Source of the DNA: Prorocentrum cordatum
Taxonomy: Eukaryota
Assembly (NCBI GenBank): GCA_963575745.1
Contig: CAUYUJ010000303.1
Location: 496,001-560,000 of the forward strand
Length of the DNA stretch: 64,000 nt
Direction of reading: 5' to 3'
Below are positions 38,580 through 49,176 of this stretch, in pieces. The stretch's first letter is position 1. Each line of letters begins with the position of its first letter. The position numbers and the translations under genes are program-made. Under the pieces are notes generated by a model. It was not told the origin of the DNA and searched no databases. It worked only from the letters and a program-made list of their open reading frames with translations.

Positions 38580-39130
38580 AGAAAACGGACAACGGAAAAA
38601 GGAAACCAGAAAACGGAAAACGGAACCCGGAAACCGGAAAACGAAAAACGGAAATTGGAAAACGGAAAACGGAAAACGGAACTTCGCTTTTTTGCCCAAG
38701 CCGGGAACCGGAAAACGGAAAACGGAAATTGGAAAGCGGAAACCGGAAACCAGAAAACGGAAAACGGAATTTGGTTTTCTGCCAAAACCGGAAAACGGAA
38801 ACCAGAAACCGGAAAACGGAAAACCGGAGACCGGAAAACGGAAAACGGAAACCGGAAAACAGAAAACGGAACTTCGTTTTTTGCCCAAACCGGAAAACGG
38901 AAAACGGAAACCGGAAACCGGAAAACGGAAAACAGAAACCGGAAACCGGAAAACGGAAAACGGAAACCCGAAAAGGGACAACGGAAAACGCAACTTCGCT
39001 TTCTGCCCGGACCGGAAACCGGAAAACGGAAACCATGGAACGGAAACAGGAAAACGGAAACCGGAAAACGGAAAATTGAAAACGGATTTTCGTTTTCTGC
39101 CCCAGGGTTCTGTTTTCGGTTTCCGTTCCG
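38580..39130 (+). repeat. Subterminal (CGGAAAA/CCGGAAA)n heptamer array, right
   Basis: Same motif and orientation as the left array, flipping to TTTTC(C)G in the last ~45 bp. Confidence 0.9.
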
Positions 39131-39399
39131 GTCCGGCGCGCCTGCTGACCGGAATCATCTGCGGTGGTGTTCTGCCGACTGGGCAGCGACGCCTGACACA
39201 GTCTGCCCGCCAGCCGGCCACCAGGAGTGGCGACCCAGCCAGGTCGGCTGGGGCAGCAGCGCCTCGCAGGCCTTGGCTGCCGAACGGTGCCGCCAGCGCC
39301 GCTTCGGATCGGGCGAGGGCCCGCCGCGGCCCCCAGCGCCAGCGGCTCCCTGCGGCGTCGGCGCGCCGGGCCTTCGCCGCGGCGCCGATCGGCCGGCCC

Positions 39400-40452
39400 C
39401 GGGCGCGGCGGCCGCGGACAGCGATCGGCGAGCAGCGCGCCCGGCACAACGACGTGGCCCGCGTGGACTTCCTCGCCAGGCGCCGCGTCAAGCCGCTGAC
39501 CCAGCAGCACTACATGAAGGCGGCGGCCGAGGTTCGGCGCTTTGCAGCCCTCCACCACTACCTGGACCAGACGGCCGCGCAGAGGGACAAGCTGGCGGTG
39601 GACTACCTGCAGCACATCTTCGTGGCGGGCGACGGGATCTTCGCGGCACGCACGGCCCTGCACGGCTACGCTTTTGAGGGGCGCATCAATCTCAAGGAGG
39701 CGTCCGAGTTCCCGCAGGCGCGCCCGACGCTGAAGGGCTTCTCCAAGGCAGCCCCCGGCGAGCAGAGGGGCCCCTGCCCTTGGGAGGCCGCGGTGCTGAT
39801 CGTCGAGCCGTGCTCGAGCTCTCCCGACCTCCAGCAGCGTCTCCTCGGCGCGGCCGCGGCGGTCGCCTTCGACGGCTATTTGCGGCTCTCCGAACTGCTG
39901 AGCATCAAGAGCTGCGACGTCACCTGCCTCCAGCACTCGGCGACGTCGGGCTACCCGGGTCTCGATCACCCTAATGCCGAGCTCGCCGCCCGACGCGCCG
40001 CCGTCGACCACCGCGAAGTCAGGCGAGTACGACGACGCGGTTGCCCTCGGCGACGGCGGGCACGGCACCGCGCCCCGTCGCTGAGTGGCAAGGCTGCTTC
40101 GCGACCTGAAGGCAGCCGCGCCCAGCACCAGGCCGCTCTTCCCGTTCACGGCCAGGGAGTTCCAGCTGGCTTTCCGCCAGGCCGCTCACGCCGCCAGCTC
40201 AGGCTCTGCCCGCGCGCCCCGCGGCATGGCGGGGCCTCGTCGGACTTCGCCCTGAATGCCCGGACCCTTGCAGAGGCGCAGGGGCACGGGCGCTGGAAGT
40301 GCGCCGCCAGCGCGCGACGCTACGAGAAGGCGGGCCGCCTGAATCGCCAGCTGGCCAAGTTGTCTCGCTCCCAGCTCTCAGCTTTGGCGCTCCCCTCTCG
40401 GAAGCTGGCCGCCAAGCCTTCTTTTGTCTTCAGCGGCCAGAGGTCAAGGTGA
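39400..40452 (+). pseudogene. Tyrosine recombinase of the DIRS-order element, frameshifted
   Basis: FDGYLRLSE (catalytic R); AKSGEYDD in an alternative frame; CPRAPRHGGAS (degenerate HxxR); GRW..SARRYEK (catalytic Y). Confidence 0.85.
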
Positions 40453-40919
40453 TTTCGCTCAAGGCTCGCTCCTCACCAGCTCCCAATGCGGGATGAATAC
40501 GGGATTTCTGTGAAGTATGCGTGAACGCGCTTGTGTCTTGTCAGCTTCAGTTGCGAACCTTCACTTGATGTACAGCTGCTGTCAGCAGTGCGGAGATGTG
40601 AACATCCACAGGCTTCCGCCTTCCCTGATCGTGCGGGTTGGGGCCCCTGCATAATAGCGTTCTTTGAAGATCATTGTGCCTCACTTTCTTTCGAGCACGA
40701 CCGTACGCATCTGTGCTGTAAAGGTTTTTCGGCACCGTCCGCCTTCGCCCGCCGCCACCAGGATTTCTGTGAAGTATGCGTGCACGCGCTTGTGTCTTCT
40801 CAGCTTCAGTTGCGAACCTTCACTCGATGTACAGCTGCTGTCAGCAGTTCGATGCCTTGCGGAAATGTAAACATCCACGCGCTTCCGCCTTCCCTGGTGG
40901 TGCGGGTCGGGGTCCCTGC

Positions 40920-40973
<54 letters not shown>

Positions 40974-41099
40974 TATATCCCGGGGGGCGAGGTCCCCCGG
41001 CCGAGCCCAAGGACCTCGGGGGCGCATGGGGGCGCAGGGCCCCCAGGGCCGCTCGGAAGGGTTCCCGTTCGGTTCCAGAGACCGCCAGGGCGGGCTCCA

Positions 41100-42190
41100 G
41101 CCCAGCCAAGACAGCCCGCGAACGCTCCAACACGCGCCAGCATGGTTTCCAGACGAGCCCAGCGGCCACCAACACGCCCCAAGCGGCCTCCAAGACGCAT
41201 CCCAAGAGAGCCCCAAGAGGCAAAAATCGTTGTTTTGTTTCAGTTGGTTGTTCCATTGTTTTTTGTCTTCTCGCTTTTTCCTGCTTTCCGACGCCCCAAG
41301 ACGGCCCAAGAGGCCCCCAAGAGAGCCCCAGGACGGCCCAAGAGGCCCCTAAGCCGGCCCCAAGACGGCACAAGAAGCCCCCAAAAGCGTCCCGAGACGG
41401 CCCACAAGGCCCCCAGGACGGCCCAGGAACCGCCCAAGACAGCTCCAGGAGGGCCCCGCCATGGCCTGAAGACTGCCTAAGCGAGCCCAGCGGACCTCCA
41501 ACACGCGCCAGCGTGGCCTCCAAACGAGGCCAGAAGCCACCAACACGCCCCAAGCGGCCTCCAAGAGGCCTCCCAAGGAGCCCCAAGAGGCCACAAACGT
41601 TGATTTTTCATTGTTTTTTTTTCAATTTGTTTTGCCTTATCGTTTTTTCTGTTTTCCGACGCTGCCAGACGGCCCAAGAGGCACCCAAGGCAGCCCCAGG
41701 ACGGCCCCAGAGGCCCCTGAGCCGGCCCCAAGACAGCCCAAGAGGCCCCCAAAGGCGTCCCAAGATGGCCCAAGTGAGCCCCAAGACAGCCCAGGAGCCG
41801 CTCAAGACAGCCCAGGAGGGCCCCGGCATGGCCTGACGACTGCCTAGAAGGCCAGCGAGCCTCCAACACGCGCCAGCATGGCCTCCAGACGAGCCCACAG
41901 GCCACCAACACGCCCCAAGCGGCCTCCAAGAGGCCTCCCAAGAGAACCCCAAGAGGCCACAAACGCTGATTTGTCATTGGTTCTTTCGATGTTTTTCGCG
42001 TTCTTGTTTTTTTTGCTTTTCCGACGCCCCAAGACGGCCCAAGAGGCCCCCAAGAGAGCCCCAGGACGGCCCAAGAGACCCTTAAACCGGGCCCAAGACG
42101 GCCCAAGACGCCCCCAAAGGCGTCCCAAGACGGCCCAAGAGCGTCCCAGGACGGCGCAGGAGTCGCCCAAGACGGCCCAGGAGGGCCCCG
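41100..42190 (+). repeat. ~365-bp tandem units of the CCAAGA-rich dispersed repeat family (family also at ~14080-14670, 15760-16460, 17260-18290, 47120-48660, 50270-51360, 53500-54640)
   Basis: CTCCAACACGCGCCAGC at ~41125, 41496, 41861; pervasive GGCCCCAAGA / TCTTGGGGCC motifs. Confidence 0.8.
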
Positions 42191-43202
42191 ACATGTCAGG
42201 CCCCCAGAGACCAGGACACAGATAAACCAGGACACGGGAAACCAAGGAAACGGCTCCTTCTTCTGCAAATTCACATTTTTCAGCACCCGTGCATTTTTTG
42301 TATGCTGCACTGCAGGATTCGGGTTTGTGTCCGGGTTTAGCGATGTTTCTACAGGCTTTACGGGCTTGTGTCTGGGTTTATTCTGGAAGCGCTGCAGTGC
42401 CTTGTTTTGTTCCTGCCGCCGTCTGGAAAAATTGGTTTCAAGGGATGTTGGGTGTCCGGGTTTAGCGTGTCCGGGTTTACGGGGCCCCGAACATGGCCTC
42501 AATATTGCTTAAGCGAGCCCAGCGGACCCCAAGAGGGCCCCACGAGGCCGCAAGAAGCCCCCCGAGGCCACCCAAGCGCCCCCCAAAAGGCTCCCCGGAG
42601 GCTCTCAAGAGGCCCAACAACTCCCCCTAATACTCCCCAGAGACTTCCAGTATGCTTCCAAAAACTGACCCCGAGAGGGTCATGCGAGGCCCCAAAACAG
42701 CCCAATGATGGCCACGCGAGAGCCACACCATACATTATGATGATGAGGAGGCGTAAGTCATGATGGCGAGGGATGCTGATGACAAGGATGGAAGGGGAGC
42801 GAAGGATGAGGAGGACTGGGGAGTGACTAGAGGTGAGGAAGGACGAGAACGAGGTGTAGGAAGAGAAGGAGCGGCATATTGAAGAGAGCGGGGAGGACAT
42901 GGAGGAGGCTGATGATGATGAGGAGGAGGAGGAGGAGGGCGAGGAGGAGAGGAGGACGGGGAGCAGTGCCGTAACCAGCCCTTAACATTTTTACGCTCCC
43001 AAGAGCGAAGGGTGCCATGAGCCGTCTCGGGCAAGTTCCTTCAGCGCTCTTTCCGTTTCCGTGCGCAACCATTGGCCCATCCATGGAGCCATGACGGGGC
43101 CCAGGTCAGCGCCGAGGCTGTTCCCGGAGCTTCCAACAAGGTCTCCGAGTTGCACTTCCGCGTCCTGCTCCACCGACCCCGTACCCCATAACGGCTGAAA
43201 AC

Positions 43203-45420
43203 ATGATGCTGCTGCCTCCGCGGTCACCAGTCAGTATTCTCTTGCTTACTTCTACGGCATTGCACGCTGCCATCCATATCGCGGGTCGAGCCGCCGCTCC
43301 CTGCACCTCCGCATTCGTGGCCATGGCTTCAGCTGTTACTGAGAGGCCGCGACGCACGTGTCATAACTATCCAATTTGCAGTGGACTCCAAGCTCAGATC
43401 CCAGTCGAAGGCACCAACAAACGAGAACGTCAAAGATTTTGCAAGCGGTGCCTTTCGGCAGATGCACGGTGTGCCCACCCCCAGTGCGAGGCCCCTGTAG
43501 CTCCACCCTTCCGACGGCCAAAAACACATGTCACGCCTACTTTCTGCACAACGCACTATTCCGACCCATGCCACAATACCACGCGTGAGTGGAACTTGTG
43601 CAGGAACGCCCGCGTCGGCTGCCGCCTTCTGGCAACCAACAAATCATCTGGCCCGTGCTTTCCGTGCTCTGAAGGCTCCCTGCCCTGTCGCTTCGCGGTG
43701 CTGGGGTGTCCTTCCCACGTCCGGCAAAAGGTCAAAAATGCATCAGGCCGGCTTCCGCAATGCGTTAACCATCACAACAACCATTCTTGCCCCAACAACC
43801 CTGGTCGGCAATTCGCCTGCGCATCGCCTGGCTGCCAGGAGGAACGGAGCGATGCAGCCCACAGTACTTGCGTCCCATGCCAAGCCGGACGTCGACCGTG
43901 CACAGTGTGCTTCTCTCGCCGAGGAGCGCCCGGAACTCCAGATTTGTGCGCTCGCTGTGGCGGAGCCATCCCAGCCGCCGGCCCTTCTGTAGCCGCTCCA
44001 GCGCAGTCTTCGACGGCGCTTGCATCTACGCCCTCGCGATGTAGCGCTCCGAAGTGCGGGGCGCCAGCGGTGTAAGAAAGCACATTTCGAACGGGCGCGC
44101 AATGCCCCATATGCATCGTCGGGGTCTTTCCTTGCGCCACGGCCACCTGCAACTTCCGCGTTCCTCGACAACACGGACAGCATTGCCTCGTCTGCCAACC
44201 GCCCGCCCTGCTCCACTTCTGCCGCACGCCCGCGTGTATGAACGTAGTCGAGTCGCCAGAGGACACTTTGTGTTGTCTTTGCATTTCGTCCTGTTTCCCA
44301 CGCGCGACGCGTAGGTGCGACGGCCGTTCCACCCCTGGTTCAGCAGGCCTGTGTCGAACGTGTGGGCTGTCCACACCACAACCACTACCATCCCTCTCCG
44401 AACGATCCTACGAGCAAGCCGAGCGCCCTTGTAGCTCGTCCGGGTGCAACGGTGTAGCTCAAGAGAAGTCCGACGGCCTCTGCATCGCGTGCATTCGGAA
44501 ACGGAAGCCATGTAGCAATCGTGCCATTGGGTGCGCTTTTCTCGTGGGCCCTCTCGGCACCGTGGTGGAATGTAGGCACTGCTGCCTCGCGGGACCCCCT
44601 TGCCAGGGGCCCGGAAAGGCCGGCTGCCGCGACCCCGCCCGCCATGGCGTGCGACGCGCAGTGCCGCGCAACAACGTTGGCATGTGCGAGCGTTGCTTTA
44701 AACCCACATGTTCCTTCCCATTGTGCGACAGAAAGTTGACGAAAGCAATGTACGCCACCGGATACTGCCCCGACCACGTCCGACATGCCGCGGTAGCCAC
44801 CGCCGCCGCCGGGCCCCATCATCCTCTGACGTCGGGGTCTTCTGGTGTCCCACACGCCCGTCCACGTAGCGATCCGTTGCAAGCACTCCGCAAGCAGGTG
44901 GCGGCAGCCGTCCGCATGTACCTCCGAGCACGTGACTCGCCGAAATGTTCCGTGCCGTGGTGTCGCCTCAAGTCCACCCGCGTAGCACTTCCGAACTCGT
45001 CCAGCTGTCCGCCCGCCTGCGCAGCGCATCGGAACTGGTTCGCAGAACCCGTGCCTGGAACTTCTCTTGGCGTACGCACCGGCCACCGCGCCGGCTGGTG
45101 GTCGACAGACGAATGGTGCAACAACCGCGTTCCGAAAGCGTCGCTCTCTCCGACCGGCCACTTTCAAGGAGCCTGCGCAATGTGCGGGGCTCTGCACTTT
45201 TTCGCCGAACGCGCGCGTTGCCCGGCAGCACGCAGAAAGGACTTCGGCGCGTGCTGCAGGTACGGAGCCCTGGCTGGCATCCCCCTACTGCCTCCCGCTC
45301 CGGCCGAAATGGCTCAGCTCCTTCGTCCGGGTCCATCCCACGACCACCTCATGCACCACATTCGGTCGTACAACTGCGCCCTTGGATTCGCATCCTTCAA
45401 CAGCGAGAGCATTGTCGCCG
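43203..45420 (+). pseudogene. Helitron Rep/Hel N-terminal fragment with a long Cys-rich array; premature TAA at 44073-44075, 3' truncated
   Basis: ORFs 43203-44075 and 44238-45581 share a frame and the gap is open after one stop; CAMCGALHFFAE..CCRYG..PLLPPAP..IRSYNCALGFAS matches the conserved Helitron N-terminal motif. Confidence 0.75.
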
Positions 45421-46129
45421 CACGGAAGACCCGCACGGAAGACCCCGTGTCGGGCACCCGGGCACTGGGGCACCCGAGCACCCGGGCACTGCAGGCACCC
45501 CGGCACCGGGGCATCCAGGCATCCCCCGGGCACCCGGGAAGGAGGAGGGAGGATGAGGAGGAGGAGAAGGAGGAGGAGTGAACGTCGGGCAGGCGTCCAG
45601 CGCAATCCGAGCTGAGGGTAGAGCCAGAAGGAGTAGGAGGTGGAGGGGACCGGGAGGACCGTTTCGGCCGTTCGAAAAAGCACCTCATCCATGTCCTCCT
45701 CCTCCTCCTCCTCCTCCTGCTCGTTCTCTTCCCCCTCCCTTCCATAATCAGACTATTCCTCCGCCGGCTCGGCTCGGCCCGGCCCGGCCCGGCTCGGCCA
45801 GCGGAGGAGGAGGAGGGAGGAGGAGTGGGAGGATGAAGACAGGACAGGGGGGGAGTAGGACGACGAGGAGGAGGAGGAGGAGGAGGAGGAGGAGGAGGAG
45901 GAGGAGGAGGAGGAGGAGAAGAGAGCGAGGAGGCGGGGAGGGACATGGGCAAGGGGAGGCGGATGAGGACTAATTTCGTGGAGGAGCAGGCGTTCGCAAC
46001 CGGCGCAGCATCCAGGCAGAAGAGGAGGAGCAGGAGGAGGAGGAGCAGAGGAGGAAGAGTAGGAGGAGGAGGAGGAGGAGGAGGAGGAGGAGGAGGAGGA
46101 AGAGGAGGAAGCGCAGGAGGAGGCCCGGT

Positions 46130-46570
46130 TCGCCTGAGACATCCTCAAAATTCTGGGTTCCGAGACGTCCTGACCTGAGTTGGTCAGACCACTTTCGCCT
46201 GAGACATCCTCGAAACTCTGACCGCGGAGGTGCCCTGCCCCACGGTGGTCCGGGCACTTTCGCTTGAGACACGCTCGCATTTCTGGGTTTCGAGACGCCC
46301 TGAGGTGAGATGTTCACTCCGATCTCGCCTGAGACATCCTGCGATCTCTGACCTCGGAGGTGCCCTGCCCCATGGTGGTCCGGGCACGTTCGCCTGAGAC
46401 ATCCTCGCAACTCTGGGTTCCGAGATGCACTGAGCTCTGACCTCGGAGATACATTCCCAAGGTGGTCTGGCCACTTCCGCCTGAGACCCTCGCCACTCTG
46501 AGTTGCGAGATGCCCTGAGCAGGTGGTCTGGCCACTACCGCCTGAGGCATCCTCACAACTCTGACCTCTT
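46130..46570 (+). repeat. Minisatellite of CGCCTGAGACATCCTC-containing subunits (~130-bp higher-order period)
   Basis: Motif repeated about 7 times. Confidence 0.8.
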
Positions 46571-48694
46571 GGGGCCTCCGGGGGGGCCTCTTGGGCACTC
46601 TTGGCCAGGGCCCAGAAACAAAACCAGGCCAGGGCCCAGAGACAAAATCCGAAACGCCCCAGAAACAAAACTTGAAACACAACTTGAAACAAAACCCTTG
46701 AAACAATTGTCCGGCTGTGGAGCCGCCTGTCGGGACACACCGCCCTATGCATGTGTGATGTTAACCCATGCGCGCCCCGTATGATTCACACATAGGTATC
46801 ATATTCAGCTAGAGGGCATGGCTGTATATCTGTATATCTGAGACCACAGCACACGTATATCTATGAACATTTGTGACCTCATTTCATACGTACATGTATG
46901 TACATGCATGGTACAGCATCTTATGTACGTGCATGTACATGCAGTGTGTCAATGCTGACGTATGTGTATGCATATGCATGTTATCACATCTACGTATGTG
47001 TATGCATATGCATGATGTAACATCTCACGTACTTGTATGTATACGCATGGTAAAACACCATACGTATTTATTCATATGACGGCGCACCAGGTCCGTGCGC
47101 CCGGGGCCAGCGCCGCTACCACAAATGTGGGCTCCGGGGCCCTCGGGGAGCCCCGGGCCTCACAGAAGACCGCCAGAAGGCACCAAGGAGGCCCGAAAGG
47201 CTCCAGAACAGACCCGGGACGCCCGAAGGTCGCTCCCAGACGCCCAACATGGCCTCCAAGGTGGCTTCAGAAGCCCCCAAGACACCCCAAGCGACCCCCA
47301 ATAGGGCCCCAAAGAGAGCCCCAAGGGGCCAAAATAACCCCATTCCCTTAGTAAAACGTATATGTTTAACATATTGCTTGTTTTCGCTGTCGGTCCGGCC
47401 GAGGACGCGCCCCAGAGGGCCCCAATACAGCCCCAGAGAGCTCCAGGACGGCCCACGAAGGGCCCAAGACGACCGCAAATGTAGGCCCCGGGGCCCTCGG
47501 GGAGCCCCGGGGCCTCACAGAAGGCCGCCAGAAGGCGCCAAGGAGGCCCCAAGAGGCTCCAGAACAGACCCGGGACGCCCGAAGGTCGCTCCCAGACGCC
47601 CAACGTGGCCTCCAAGGTGGCTTCAGAAGCCCCCAAGACACCCCAAGCGACCCCCAATAGGGCCCCAAAGAGAGCCCCATGGCCAAAATAACCCCATTCC
47701 CTTAGTAAAACGTATATTTTCAACGTATTGCTTGTTTTCGCTGTCGGTCCGTGCCTGACGACCTCAGAAGCTCCCGAGACCGCCCCAATACGGCCCAGGA
47801 CGCGCTCCAGAGGGCCCCAATACAGCCCCAGAAAGCTCCAGGACGGCCCACGAAGGGCCCAAGACGGCCCAAGAGAGTCCCCAAGACGGGCCCGAGAGGG
47901 CCCCAGAGGAGGAAAGCCATCATCGAATTCCAAGCTTTCGACCCCAAGTGGCTCCAGGAGGCGCCGAGAAGCCCCCAAGAAGCGCTCGGAAGGCTTTTTT
48001 GCTATGTTTTTTGCATTCTCGCTGTTTCGTGTTTCCGGCGCACCGCCCAAGAGGCTCCCAAAACCGCTCCAAGACGGCCCAAGAGGCTGCCAAAAGAACC
48101 CCAAGACGGCCCGAGAGAGCCCCGAGACGGCCCTAGAGCCGCCCAAGACGGCCCAAGAAGGTCCCAAGAAGGTCCCAAAAGGGGCCCAAGAGAGGGAACG
48201 CGAACCGAAAAATCAAGCTCTCCGCCCCGAGATGCCCCCAAGAGGCCCCAAGATGCCCCCAGGAAGCCCCCAAGAGGCCCCAAGAGGCCCCCAAGAGGCC
48301 CGAGAGGCCCCCAAGAAACCCAAAAGAGGCTCCAAGAGGCCCCAAGACGGCACCCAAAAGACTTCAAAACTCTAAGAGGCCCCCGAAGACGTGCCAAGAA
48401 GGTCCCATGACGACTTCAAGAAGGAGTCCAGGATGCTCCGAGGAGGCCCCAAGAGACCCCCAAGAGAGCCCAAGAGGTCTCCAAGAGGCCCCCAAGCGAC
48501 CTCAAGCAGCATCCAGGAGGCCGGAAAGAGGCACACAAGAGCCCAGCGGTCCAGGAGGGGGCCGAACGAACATTTCCAGCCCTGGGCTCCCAGAAGCCCA
48601 ACAGGAACCCCCACGTAACTCGCAAGACCCCCCCCCCGACGCCTCCCGAGACGCCCAAAAGGTTTCCCAGACAGCCCCAGATGCAACAAAAAAA

Positions 48695-49176
48695 TGATAC
48701 CGGAGAAAAAACCCAATCACATTTTTGTTGGGGCTATAGGGCTATACGGCTGTCGGGCTGTAGGGCTATCGGGCTATATATAGGACTATACGACTGTGAC
48801 CTATAGGGCCATAGGGCTATAGGGCTATGGGGCTATAGAGCTATATGGGCTATGGGGCTATAGGGATATAAGGCTATTAGGGCTATAGGGATACAAGGCT
48901 ATAGGGCTACAGGGCTATAGGGCTATACGGCTATAGGGCTATAGGGCTACTGGGCTATTGGGCTATTGGGCACCCCCGGGCCCCCGGGCACCCCCGGGCA
49001 CCCGGGCACCCCCAGGCACCCGGGCACCCGGGCACCCTGGCCCGGCCACCGAAATCGGCCACCCGGGCACCCCCGAGCACCCGGGCACCCGGCCTCGGCC
49101 ACCGAAATCGGCCGCTCACCTCACCTCAGCTTTATATCCGCTAGGACCCCTACAGAAGCAAGCTCTGATTGGGGAA
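48695..49176 (+). repeat. Small dispersed element with (GGGCTATA)n and (GGGCACCC)n core; second copy at 33118-33393
   Basis: Shared ends TGATACCGGAGAAAA..CCCAATCA and CCCCTACAGAAGCAAGCTCTGATTG. Confidence 0.8.

Larger units (their letters stand above)
31173..39173. mobile_element. 8.0-kb TIR DNA element (possibly Mutator-like, apparently non-autonomous) inserted in the DIRS element
   Basis: 10-bp TSD GCCGACTGGG at 31163-31172 and 39174-39183; imperfect ~25-bp TIRs (AGGTCATCACCGGAGATGGTTCCG vs revcomp AGAACACCACCGCAGATGATTCCG); removal rejoins the frame ...AGVADW|AATPDTVCPP... Confidence 0.85.
26226..40925 (+). mobile_element. Decayed DIRS-order (Ngaro/PAT-like, split direct repeat) tyrosine-recombinase retrotransposon with DNMT domain, interrupted by an 8-kb insertion
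   Basis: Split repeats A1 26231-26304 ... B1 40502-40656, A2 40661-40734, B2 40761-40925; gag-like, RT/RH, DNMT and YR coding remnants in order; both ends abut (TA)n. Confidence 0.88.

Noticed and set aside
38550..39400. N-terminal ENGKRKPE repeats of ORFs 38550-39677 and 38692-40452 as part of the recombinase
   Set aside because: They translate the heptamer array of the inserted TIR element; the fusion is an artefact of the insertion
48730..48970. (GGGCTATA)n as interstitial telomere
   Set aside because: Octamer differs from TTTAGGG and sits inside a dispersed element
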